DNA of 64,000 bases, from NCBI GenBank assembly GCA_963848295.1, contig CAWKDB010000010.1, forward strand, positions 3,776,001-3,840,000. Direction: 5' to 3'. The translations under genes were made by a program, and so were the position numbers. This document shows positions 30,686 to 39,764 of the stretch, piece by piece (within the stretch, counting starts at the first letter, position 1; the number at the start of each line of letters is the position of its first letter). Below the pieces are notes generated by a model that saw nothing but the letters and a program-made list of their open reading frames with translations, was not told the origin of the DNA and ran no database searches. The stretch comes from an uncultured delta proteobacterium (GTDB lineage: Bacteria > Myxococcota_A > Polyangia > Haliangiales > Haliangiaceae).

Positions 30686-31414
30686 ATGGGGGCACAAAGA
30701 AAGACGCACGATCAACTCGGACTCCGGGGGATCGCGAAGCGCAAGGCGTCGCGCGGCAAGCGACTCGGTCGTCCGCCGGGGGCACGTCGAGCGCCGGCGC
30801 ACAAGAAGCGTCCCGAGATCGAGGGTCGGTATCCGGTGCACATCACGATGCGCGTCGTCGGTGCGGTCGCGCGCCTTCGAACGCCGAAGGCTTATCGCGC
30901 AGTTCGGCGGGCGCTGATGATGCTGATGAATCGGCGCGATGACTTTCGCGTTGTCCATGTCAGCCTGCAGACCAACCACATTCACCTCCTCGGCGAAGCC
31001 GACGGCAAGCTCGCGCTCTCGCGTGGAATGCAGGGCTTTCAGATCTCTGCGGCGAAGTACCTGAACCGCGAGCTGTCGCGCGAGCACGGCGAGCGGCGGC
31101 GCGGCCAGGTGTTCTCGGACCGCTACTTCGCGGTGCAGGTCAAGACGGTGACTGGCGTGCGCAACGCGCTGAACTACGTGCTCAACAACTGGCGCAAGCA
31201 CGAGCGCGATCAGGTCGAGACTGGCTTGTACGAGGGTCGGATCGATCGGTACTCGACCGGCGCGCTATTTATCGGGTGGAAGGAACGCAGTCACGCGGTG
31301 GTGTTACCCGACAACTACGAGCCGCTCATAGTCAGTGCGGCTCGGTCGTGGCTGATCAACGAAGGCTACAAGCGGGCGAAGCAGCCGATCAGCGTATACG
31401 GCGTGCCGAGTTGA
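30686..31414 (+). mobile_element. HUH/Y1 transposase, REP-associated tyrosine transposase (RAYT / IS200-like TnpA)
   Basis: PVHITMR, HUH motif NHIHLL, GQVFSDRYF, catalytic Tyr in LNYVLNNWRKH; basic N-terminal arm; start 30686 or 30674. Confidence 0.88.
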
Positions 31415-31415
31415 G

Positions 31416-33272
31416 CTACGGCTCTTTGTGGACGGTCCACTGCCGCGCCGGGATCGGCTGATTGAACGCCTTCGACTTGTACTCGAGCTCGACGAGCTGG
31501 GCGTTGTGCTCTGCGAGGTAGGCGGCGACGCCGGGCGAGCTATACGTCGCGTCGCTCATCGCGACTTGATAGCCCTCGGCGAGCGCCTGCAACTTCGCGG
31601 CGACGTTGACGGTGCCCCCGAAGAAGTCGGCGTTCGAGTTGAGCTTGACCGCGATGCACGGCCCGGTGTTGAGCGAGATCCGCAAGCGGATCGGCGTGTC
31701 GGCACGCGCGGGATGAAACGCGTCATGGATCGCGTGCGAGGCCCGGACCGCGTCGAGCGGGCTGACGAACGTAGCCATCACGGCATCGCCGATCGTCTTG
31801 ACGACCGCGCCGCGATGCTGCGCGACGATCGCGAACACCTCGTCGAAGTGCTTCTTGATCTCGACGAACGCCGCGGGGTCGCCCTTCGCGGCGTAGAACG
31901 CGGTCGAGCCGACGACGTCGGTGAACAGCAACGTTTGCTCGCCGACCGCGAGCTTGACGTCGGCGCCGATGTAATCCTCGGAGAACAGATCGCGGAAGTC
32001 TTGGAAACCGAGGAGCTGCCCGGGCCGCAGGGCGTCGTCGCTCCACTTCGTGCGCTCGATGGAGAATTGCTCTTCGTCGGCGCCGTCGTTGTGGAACGTC
32101 ACGGCCGGCATCGTCGAGGCGCGCACGACCGTGCCGTCGGGGTGGTCTTGCCACGCCAGCTCGGCCGGACCGTCTTCGCTGACGTCGACGTACCAGCCAC
32201 CGCGATGGCCCGCCCACACCGTGTAGCGCGCGGGGGCGAGCACCGGCTCGAGCGTCGCGGTCTCGCCGGGCTTGACCGTGCGCTGGACGCGGATGAAGTC
32301 GCGCGTCGCCGGCTCGGCGCTGCAGTACAACCGCTCGGCGATCTCGCGGATCGACGGGTGGACGCGGAACGTGACCTCGACCGCCTCCGGTACGTCGGTC
32401 GTGAAGTCGATCTGGCACGCCTCGCAGTGATTCTGCGCCGACAGGTTCGACATCTGCGTCGTCTCGTCTCGCATGCCGCGGCAGTGCGGGCAGATCGTGT
32501 CCCACGACAAGTCGAGTAAGCCCGCGCGCGTCGCGTGCAGCGCGGTCTTCAGCAACTCGTACTCGTCGAGCTTCCACACGCGCGCACGCTCGCGGATCTG
32601 AATGCGATGGAGATCGACGTCGTCGCCGGTGCGGATCCAATCGATCAGCGCGTCGACACACGCGATCGGCAGCATCTCGCCCACGAGTTGCTCGCGCAAC
32701 GACCGCAACCGCGACTCGGCCTCTTCGGCGAGCTGCGGTGGTGGCGGCTCGAGCACCTCCGGCCGCAATCGATCGAGCTGCTTCGCGAGCGCCGGCAACA
32801 CGCGATCGTAGGCGCGCTTGAGCGACGGGAGCCCGAGGCGCAATGCGATCGCTCCGAGCACACCGCGCGGCACGGCGCCGAAATAGAGATAGACGCGCGT
32901 CCCGCTGTCGATCTTCTCGAGGTGATGGATCGCGTACATCACCTTCATGAACCCGCGGTCGTACAGGCGCACCGCGGTCAGCCATTGCTCGGCGACCCAG
33001 TTCCACGGCGGCTCGAGCCACTCGTGGCGAACGCCGCCGTTCTTCGAGCTGCCCCAGCGCTTGCCTTCCTTCTCGACGAAGGTCATCTCGGACAGGCCGA
33101 GCGCTCGATTCATCCGCGACGTGTCCGCGATGAACGGCCACAGCGCGTCGGGCGTCCCCGGGAGCTCGTAGATGAAGACGCGCTCGATGCGTTTCGCGTC
33201 GGCCCAGTTCGCCGGAAACGGAAACCGCTCGAGCAGCTGGGCGGTGGTCATCGGCGACGGCGTCGCAGCCAT
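31416..33272 (-). CDS. Class III adenylate/guanylate cyclase with N-terminal SRPBCC-like and Zn-ribbon (DUF5939-like) regions
   Basis: LLFTDVVGST, VKTIGDAVMA, DFFGGTVNVAAKLQ; CPHC..CEAC. Confidence 0.9.
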   Translation of the reverse strand: MAATPSPMTTAQLLERFPFPANWADAKRIERVFIYELPGTPDALWPFIADTSRMNRALGLSEMTFVEKEGKRWGSSKNGGVRHEWLEPPWNWVAEQWLTAVRLYDRGFMKVMYAIHHLEKIDSGTRVYLYFGAVPRGVLGAIALRLGLPSLKRAYDRVLPALAKQLDRLRPEVLEPPPPQLAEEAESRLRSLREQLVGEMLPIACVDALIDWIRTGDDVDLHRIQIRERARVWKLDEYELLKTALHATRAGLLDLSWDTICPHCRGMRDETTQMSNLSAQNHCEACQIDFTTDVPEAVEVTFRVHPSIREIAERLYCSAEPATRDFIRVQRTVKPGETATLEPVLAPARYTVWAGHRGGWYVDVSEDGPAELAWQDHPDGTVVRASTMPAVTFHNDGADEEQFSIERTKWSDDALRPGQLLGFQDFRDLFSEDYIGADVKLAVGEQTLLFTDVVGSTAFYAAKGDPAAFVEIKKHFDEVFAIVAQHRGAVVKTIGDAVMATFVSPLDAVRASHAIHDAFHPARADTPIRLRISLNTGPCIAVKLNSNADFFGGTVNVAAKLQALAEGYQVAMSDATYSSPGVAAYLAEHNAQLVELEYKSKAFNQPIPARQWTVHKEP

Positions 33273-33341
33273 GGGCGCGTGCAGTATACCCTTCCGTGGC
33301 GGGGGCGCGTCGCGAGGTCACGGAACGCGCTAAGATCGCGC

Positions 33342-33782
33342 GTGGCGTTGTTCGACGACATCGGAGCCGAGGCGCTGCGCGCGGTGATCACCGACTTTTA
33401 CAGTCGGGTGTTCCCCGACGTGATGATCGGGTTCATGTTCGCGGGCAAGGATCGCCAGCGGCTGATCGATAGAGAGTACGAGCTCGTCGCTGCGCTGCTC
33501 GGCGCCGGCATCAAGTACACCGGTCGGCCGATGCGTGCCGCGCACGCGCAGCACACGATCTTCGGCGGGCAGTTCGAGCGGCGTTTGCAGATCTTGCGCG
33601 AGACACTGCGCGATCATCACGTCGCCGAGCCGGTGCAGCGCGCTTGGCTCGAGCACACCGAGTCTCTGCGCTCGCAGATCACGCGCGACGCCGGCTCCGA
33701 GTGCGCGGATCCGGGACCGGGCTTGCGCCAGGCGCCGACGCCGCCCGATCCCGACGCGAAGATCAAGCTCGGCCGGCGGTGA
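33342..33782 (+). CDS. Group I truncated hemoglobin
   Basis: LFDDIG..VITDFYSRV..FMF, LGAGIKYTGRPMRAAH (proximal His). Confidence 0.85.
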   Translation: MALFDDIGAEALRAVITDFYSRVFPDVMIGFMFAGKDRQRLIDREYELVAALLGAGIKYTGRPMRAAHAQHTIFGGQFERRLQILRETLRDHHVAEPVQRAWLEHTESLRSQITRDAGSECADPGPGLRQAPTPPDPDAKIKLGRR

Positions 33783-33797
33783 TATAGTGGTCGATGG

Positions 33798-35246
33798 GTG
33801 ATCGGGCAATCGATAGGACACTTCAAGGTCGTGTCGCAGCTCGGTCGTGGCGGCATGGGAGAGGTGTTCGCTGGCGAGCACGAGAGCATCCAGACCCGCG
33901 TCGCGATCAAGGTGCTGCACGGCGATATCTCGCGCGACACCGATCACGTGCAGCGGTTCTTCAACGAAGCGAAGATCGTAGGCCGCATCAAGCACGCGGG
34001 GATCGTGAAGATCTTCGACGTCGGGTTCTTCGAGGGGCGCGCGTATCTCATCATGGAGCTGCTCGAGGGCGAGCCGCTGTCGGCGCGGATCGCGAGCGCC
34101 GGGTACCTGACCGCGCCGCAGGCGATCGATGCCGCCCGCCAGATCGCGAGCGTGCTCGACGCGACCCATCGCGCCGGCGTGATCCACCGCGATCTCAAAC
34201 CCGACAACATCTTTCTCGTTCCGGACCACGAGCTCGCGAGCGGCGAGCGGGTGAAGGTCCTCGACTTCGGGATCTCGAAGCTCTCGGGTACGCTCGCGGG
34301 ATCATCGCCGGCCACGATCGGCACGATGGGCACGCCGCAATACATGGCTCCGGAGCAATGGGGCGATTCGGCGCAGGTCGACTGGCGCGCCGACGCGTAC
34401 TCGCTGGGCTGCGTCGTGTTCGAGATGGTCACCGGGCGACCGCCGTTCGAGGTCAAGACGATCGCCGAGGCCTGTGCGAAGCACCTGCACGCGGAGCCGC
34501 CGTCGCCGCGGGTGTTCAACGCCGATGTCCCGACCGAGGTCGAGCAACTGGTGTTGCGCTTGCTCGCGAAGAACCGCGAGCAGCGCGCGTCGTCGATGGC
34601 GGACGTCGCACGTCAGCTCGATGCGATCGCCGGGCGGCCGAGCTCGCCGAGCCAGCCGGCAATCCCGAGCGCGACGCCGCGGTCGCCGCTCGACACGGTG
34701 ACGACGCTCGGCGGCAGCGCGGCGGAGCTCCGCGCACCTGCACGGCGCGGGCGGGGCGCCTTGATTGGAGGGCTCGCGGCGGCGGCGGTCGTGATCGCGG
34801 TGCTCGTCGTCGCGCTCACGCGCTCGGGCGCGCACGATGTGGAGACGCCGACGCCGGCACCGGCACCGGCACCGGCATCGGCAGCGGCGACGGTTCCGGC
34901 TCCGGCTCCGGCGACGGCAGCGGCAACGGCTCCGGCGACGGCAGCGGCAGCGGCATCGGTTCCGGCGACGGCAGCGGCAACGGTTCCGGCGACGGCAGCG
35001 GCAGCGGCAGCGGCGACGGTTCCGGCGACGGCAGCGGTTCCGGCGACGGCAGCGGCAGCGGCAACGGTTCCGGCGGCGGTTCCGGAGACCGCATCGGCAC
35101 CGGTCCCGGTCACGGCACCGATCGTCGTCCATCATCATCGTGTCCCGGTGCCGGCTCACGCAGGCGCGGGTTCCGCCGCGCCGACGCCGACGCCGAAGTC
35201 GCCGCCGTCGACCAGGCCGCCGGACAGCATGGGTGGGCGGACGTGA
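33798..35246 (+). CDS. Membrane Ser/Thr protein kinase with Ala/Pro/Thr-rich extracytoplasmic tail
   Basis: GRGGMGEV, AIK, HRDLKPDN, DFG, GTPQYMAPEQ; TM LIGGLAAAAVVIAVLVVAL. Confidence 0.95.
   Translation: MIGQSIGHFKVVSQLGRGGMGEVFAGEHESIQTRVAIKVLHGDISRDTDHVQRFFNEAKIVGRIKHAGIVKIFDVGFFEGRAYLIMELLEGEPLSARIASAGYLTAPQAIDAARQIASVLDATHRAGVIHRDLKPDNIFLVPDHELASGERVKVLDFGISKLSGTLAGSSPATIGTMGTPQYMAPEQWGDSAQVDWRADAYSLGCVVFEMVTGRPPFEVKTIAEACAKHLHAEPPSPRVFNADVPTEVEQLVLRLLAKNREQRASSMADVARQLDAIAGRPSSPSQPAIPSATPRSPLDTVTTLGGSAAELRAPARRGRGALIGGLAAAAVVIAVLVVALTRSGAHDVETPTPAPAPAPASAAATVPAPAPATAAATAPATAAAAASVPATAAATVPATAAAAAAATVPATAAVPATAAAAATVPAAVPETASAPVPVTAPIVVHHHRVPVPAHAGAGSAAPTPTPKSPPSTRPPDSMGGRT
34848..35110 (+). 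repeat. Imperfect tandem repeat in kinase tail (units like CGGTTCCGGCGACGGCAGCGGCA[A/G])
   Basis: Several copies of the 18-24 nt unit plus GGCAGC/CCGGCA hexamer runs; encodes (TVPATAAA)n. Confidence 0.85.
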
Positions 35247-36658
35247 AGCGGCTCGCACTCGGCGCGCTGGTGTTCGTCGCGACACCGGCTCGGGCCGATG
35301 TCGCGACCGCCGAGGTCGCATATCAGCAGGCCGAGGCCATGGTGAAGCAAGGCCGGTGGACCGACGCGTGCCCGCTCTACGACGCCAGCTACCGCGCGGA
35401 TCCTCAGCTCGGCGTGTTGCTGCACCTCGCCGATTGTCACGAGCACGTCGGCATGAATGCGACCGCGTGGGCCGAGTTCAACGACGCGGTCGAGCTCGCC
35501 CACCGCCGTGGCGATGCCCGCGAAGCGTACGCGGCGGGCCGCGCCGATACGATCAAGCCGAAGCTCGCGAAGCTCCACCTGTCGCCGCCGCCGCAGGTCG
35601 TGCCCGGGCTCGTCGTGCGCCGCGACGGCGTCGACATCACGGTGCTGGTCGGCACCGACATCGCGATCGATCCCGGCGCGCACGAGGTAGTCGCGACCGC
35701 GCCGGGCTTTCTCGAGTGGCGCCACCAGCTCACGATCGGCGTGCTCGCGACGGTCACCTCGATCGACATCCCGCAACTGGAGAAGCAACCGGAGCACGTC
35801 GTCGCGCCGGCCGCACCGGACGTGCACGAGGGCACGCTACGCGTCACGACCGCGCCCGGCGCGGTGATCGAGCTCGACGATCACCAGGTCGCGGTCGGTC
35901 ACTACGAGGCCAAGCTCCCATCCGGCGAGCACCGGTTGCACGTCGCCGCACCGGGCATGCGGCCGTTCGAGTCGGAGCTCGTGATCCAGGACAACGAGGT
36001 CAGGTCGATCGACGTCCCACTCGAGCGCGACGTCGCGATCGCGACTCCGGTCGCCGTCGAGCCACCCGGGCCGGGCCTCGAGCTCGGCGTCAGCGTGGTC
36101 CCCGGCGTCAAGCTGCGCGCCGACCGGCCGGCGGTGCTCGCGTATCGCGCCGACCTCGGGTTCTTCAAGGGCCGGCGCACCCGGCTCGGGTTCTATGTCC
36201 AGTACGGCACGATCGACGCGAGCGGGTCGTGTGGCACCGACATCGCCGGCCCGTCCGGCACCGGCCCATTTGATTTCGGTGAACGCAACCGGTTCCTCAA
36301 GTGCCAGTACGTGACGCCCGGCCTGGAGTTGCTCGTCCACGTGCTGCCGAAGCGGCGCTGGGATCCGTACGCGGGGATCTCGCCTGGCTTTCGGTTCGGC
36401 TTCTACAAGTACGACCAGTACGACGCGACCGGCGCGCTCGCGCAACAGCGCAACGAGATCATGCCGGCGGTCGTCGTCGGCGGCAACGTCGGGGTCGACT
36501 ATCACCCGACCGAGAGCTTCGCCGGTTGGGTCGTCGGGGTGGCGATCGACGCCGAGCTGACCGCGTTCGGTCAGGAACAAGCGTCGAACGCCTCGCACAG
36601 CAGCGGGACGACGTACCTCAGCCTGTACGGCGGGCTGCGCACGGCGGTGGCGTTCTGA
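35243..36658 (+). CDS. Exported TPR + PEGA domain protein with C-terminal outer-membrane beta-barrel-like region
   Basis: Signal ending PARA; TPR (ACPLYDASY..LLHLADCHE); PEGA-like IDPGAHEVVATAPG and LPSGEHRLHVAAPG; terminal GGLRTAVAF; GTG overlaps kinase stop. Confidence 0.8.
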   Translation: MKRLALGALVFVATPARADVATAEVAYQQAEAMVKQGRWTDACPLYDASYRADPQLGVLLHLADCHEHVGMNATAWAEFNDAVELAHRRGDAREAYAAGRADTIKPKLAKLHLSPPPQVVPGLVVRRDGVDITVLVGTDIAIDPGAHEVVATAPGFLEWRHQLTIGVLATVTSIDIPQLEKQPEHVVAPAAPDVHEGTLRVTTAPGAVIELDDHQVAVGHYEAKLPSGEHRLHVAAPGMRPFESELVIQDNEVRSIDVPLERDVAIATPVAVEPPGPGLELGVSVVPGVKLRADRPAVLAYRADLGFFKGRRTRLGFYVQYGTIDASGSCGTDIAGPSGTGPFDFGERNRFLKCQYVTPGLELLVHVLPKRRWDPYAGISPGFRFGFYKYDQYDATGALAQQRNEIMPAVVVGGNVGVDYHPTESFAGWVVGVAIDAELTAFGQEQASNASHSSGTTYLSLYGGLRTAVAF

Positions 36659-37899
36659 TGCGGGCGCTCGCGCTGGTCGTCGTCGGCTCGACCGCGGCCT
36701 GCTTCGGCGCGGGGCCGTCGCCGACGCGGAGCGCGGACGCGACGATCGTCTTTGCGTTGCACGAGCCGCCGCAGAGCGGGGACTCGAACCAGCCATGCAG
36801 TGGCGACTGGAGGTACGTCGGCTCGGTCGCGTTCGCCGCCGGGTCCGGCTACGCGCTGCCGATGCCGTACCCCGGCGACCACTGTCAGGACGACAGTCAG
36901 GGTGGCTCGACCTCGATGATCGCGGTCACCGCCTTCGATCTCGCCGGTGGCGACGTCAAAGGGACTCCGGGTGTGGAGCTGACGATCCAAGGCCAGGCAC
37001 GACCTCGCGTCGCGGTCAGTCCGAACGGGATGCTCGCGACGGCGTTCACCACGCCGAACATGGGCAACGATCTGACCGTCGCGCTCGGCGCGGCGACCGC
37101 CACGATCAGCCCGGGCTCGGTCACCAACGGCAGCTTCGACCTTCGCGGCCTGGTCGCCGACGACGATGCCGTATGGATCGCCGCGGTCGCGAGCAGCGGC
37201 GGGGCGGTCACGGATCCGAATAGCCCGGACTATCCGGGCGGCAATCAGGACTCGAGCGCGACGAGCTCCGCGTTCGTCCAGGTGGACCCGGCGACCGCGG
37301 CGGTGACGACCGCGGCCTCCGTCGACTTCGACGGCGAATACATGAAGCAAGTCCTGGTCGGCAATCCGACCGCGCTGTACTTCGTGGTCACCGGCGACAA
37401 TGGCGATGTTGCGGAGGTGATGGCGTATCCGCGCGGCGGCACGGCGACCTCGATCGGCTCGATCCCGGGAGATCTCGCCAACGACGTCGTGCCGATGGGG
37501 CTCGCGGCGAATGCGGGGAACGTCGCGTTTGCCGCGGCGGTCGCCGCGGGGGATGCACAGCCGGGATGCTGGATCTGGTTGTCCGACGGGACCAACCCCG
37601 CAGCTTCCGTGCTGTCGACGACCCGGTTCGCGTGCTCCGACATCGCGCTCGACGGCGACCATGTCTACTTCACGATCGTCGGCATCGACTCGGACGACCA
37701 GCAGCTCGAGGGCCTCGGGCTCGGCCGGGTGACGTTCGACGGCGCGACGGTCGAGACGATGGCGCTCCAGCTCAGCGGCTACACCGGCGCGCGGCGCGTG
37801 CATGTCGACGGCTCCGGCAAGCTCTACGCGATCGATCCGAAAGTGATCGGCGAGCTCGCGGCCGACGCGCTCGCCGGTCGTTCCGACTTCGCATACTAA
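36658..37899 (+). CDS. Probable lipoprotein with beta-propeller-like repeats
   Basis: MRALALVVVGSTAAC lipobox; repeats LVADDDAVW, LAANAGNVAF, IALDGDHVYF, VHVDGSGKLY. Confidence 0.65.
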   Translation: MRALALVVVGSTAACFGAGPSPTRSADATIVFALHEPPQSGDSNQPCSGDWRYVGSVAFAAGSGYALPMPYPGDHCQDDSQGGSTSMIAVTAFDLAGGDVKGTPGVELTIQGQARPRVAVSPNGMLATAFTTPNMGNDLTVALGAATATISPGSVTNGSFDLRGLVADDDAVWIAAVASSGGAVTDPNSPDYPGGNQDSSATSSAFVQVDPATAAVTTAASVDFDGEYMKQVLVGNPTALYFVVTGDNGDVAEVMAYPRGGTATSIGSIPGDLANDVVPMGLAANAGNVAFAAAVAAGDAQPGCWIWLSDGTNPAASVLSTTRFACSDIALDGDHVYFTIVGIDSDDQQLEGLGLGRVTFDGATVETMALQLSGYTGARRVHVDGSGKLYAIDPKVIGELAADALAGRSDFAY

Positions 37900-37911
37900 G
37901 ACTCACCAAGA

Positions 37912-39693
37912 CTAGGCTTGGCCGGCGGTGGTCGCGCGACCGGGTCGATGCCACGCGCGCGCGGCGAAGATGATGACCTCGACGAGCAAGATCAGCGCGA
38001 CATCGATCGCGGCGCAGGCGACCGCGACTTGCACGGCGGGGATCAGCACGAGCCACACCGGGCCGGGCACGATCGTGTACGGCGCGGGGAAGAACGCCCA
38101 CAGTAGTCCGGCCGGCACCATCGCGAGCACGAGCCCGACGATCGCGATGCCGTTCGCGGCGGCGAGCCGCTGCGCCAACGTCCGGTACGAGCGCAACGCC
38201 CACAAGCTCGCGGCGAGCTGGACGATCATCGCGGCGACGCCGTACTTCACCATCGTCGCGGCGAGGTGGCCCTGCGCCGGCAGCAGCGACGGCGAGAACC
38301 GCTGGCCGAGCGTGCCGAGCAACGCGTAGTACACGACAAAGAACGCCGGCACCGACACGAGCAAGACGCGCCAGTCGAACCGGAGCACGCGGCGGCGGAC
38401 GAGCAGCAGCGCCAGCACGATCGCGGCGAGCACGCCACCGGCCACCAACGCGAGTCGCTCGGCTCGGGTTTGCAGCTCTTCGGTCTTCGCTCGCGCGGTC
38501 GCGCCGGCGACGATGCTGCGCGTCGCGGTCAGCCGTTGCGTGTCGGCCGCGTAACGCGCCGCGACCTGATCGCGATCGAGCTCGAGCAGCTCGCTCAACG
38601 TATGGCCGAGGCCGTGACCCGGGGCCGGGATCCCGAGCAGCGCCGAGACCGTCGGCGCGAGGTCGATGAGGTGAGCGTCGTCGGCCGCGGCGCCCGGGCG
38701 AATGCCGGCTCCGGCCGCGACCAGCGGCACCGCGAGCACCTCGGGTTCGACGCCGCCATGGCCGCCCCGCCCGGTATGACCGTGATCGGCGGTCACGATG
38801 ATCGCGTCTCGCGCGAGGTCGACGTGGCCGAGTGCGCGAGCGAGTGCGCGATCCGAGGTCTCGGCCGCCGCGCGATACTCCGCGCTGTCACCACCGTGCG
38901 CGTGGCCCGCGGCATCGACCGCGCCGACGAGCAACACGACGAGATCCGCGTCGCTCGCGGCGAGCGCGGCGCCGGCTTCCGAGAACCCACCCGGCCACGG
39001 CGTGTAGCGCGCGTCATCGAACGGCGACACGAGGTTCGCATCCGGCGAGCGCACGGCGGCCGGAGGCAACGGCTGCTCGAGCGCATCGAGGTCGAGCTCC
39101 TCGCGCTGGCCATCGTCGATCGCGAGATCATCGTCGTCGAGGCTCGACGACGGGGGCGGCGCCTCCGGCCCGGGCTTGCGCGGTCGCAAGAACAGCCGGG
39201 GCAGCACGTCGTAGTCGGTGCCGACCGCGACCTTCAAGCCGGCGGCCTTGGCGCGATCCATCAGCGAGTCGAGCAGGACCGGCGTCGAGTGATGGTTCGT
39301 GCGCACGCCGCTGTAGCTCGGCGGTACGCCGGTCAGGATCGAGACGTAGTTCGGTCGCGACCACGTCGGATAGTGCGACGACGCCGCGCTATCGACACCG
39401 CGGCGGCGCAGCTCGTCGAGAAACGGCAGCTCGTACGACTTGTCGAGCCGCAGGCCATCGACGATCACGAGGAAGACGCGGCGTGCGAGTCGCGGCGTGT
39501 GCGGATCGACGATCGTCGGCGGGGTCTTCGCGAGCGCCGGCTCGGCCTCTTCGAGGTCGAACATGAAGTCCGCGCCGGCCAGCCCCGCCTTGACCGCGCC
39601 GACGGCGCCGAGCACCACGAGCGCGAGCGCCGCGATCACGACCTGTCGGGTCGAAGCGGTTCGCCGCTTCTCTGGGACCTGCAACGACGCCAC
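37912..39693 (-). CDS. Alkaline phosphatase superfamily membrane protein (phosphodiesterase / phosphoethanolamine-transferase-like)
   Basis: VIVDGLR, PTWSRPNY..LTG, VDAAGHAHG, TADHGH..GGHGG, DLAPT; N-terminal TM and about 5 C-terminal TMs. Confidence 0.8.
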   Translation of the reverse strand: MASLQVPEKRRTASTRQVVIAALALVVLGAVGAVKAGLAGADFMFDLEEAEPALAKTPPTIVDPHTPRLARRVFLVIVDGLRLDKSYELPFLDELRRRGVDSAASSHYPTWSRPNYVSILTGVPPSYSGVRTNHHSTPVLLDSLMDRAKAAGLKVAVGTDYDVLPRLFLRPRKPGPEAPPPSSSLDDDDLAIDDGQREELDLDALEQPLPPAAVRSPDANLVSPFDDARYTPWPGGFSEAGAALAASDADLVVLLVGAVDAAGHAHGGDSAEYRAAAETSDRALARALGHVDLARDAIIVTADHGHTGRGGHGGVEPEVLAVPLVAAGAGIRPGAAADDAHLIDLAPTVSALLGIPAPGHGLGHTLSELLELDRDQVAARYAADTQRLTATRSIVAGATARAKTEELQTRAERLALVAGGVLAAIVLALLLVRRRVLRFDWRVLLVSVPAFFVVYYALLGTLGQRFSPSLLPAQGHLAATMVKYGVAAMIVQLAASLWALRSYRTLAQRLAAANGIAIVGLVLAMVPAGLLWAFFPAPYTIVPGPVWLVLIPAVQVAVACAAIDVALILLVEVIIFAARAWHRPGRATTAGQA

Positions 39694-39764
39694 CCCCAAG
39701 GTTAGCAGACCCTGCTATAGATGAAGAAGCATGTGGTACTTGGGCTCCGTCCCTGCGAGGACCC

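Noticed and set aside
30500..31201. Antisense ORF over the transposase and the structured element
   Set aside because: No recognisable motifs; mirror of the RAYT frame
34848..35110. Possible CRISPR array
   Set aside because: No unique spacers, codon-multiple units inside a CDS, and no cas genes in the window
33794..35242. N-terminal half of the 954-aa ORF 33794-36658
   Set aside because: Overlaps the true kinase frame; the real gene starts at GTG 35243 with a signal peptide
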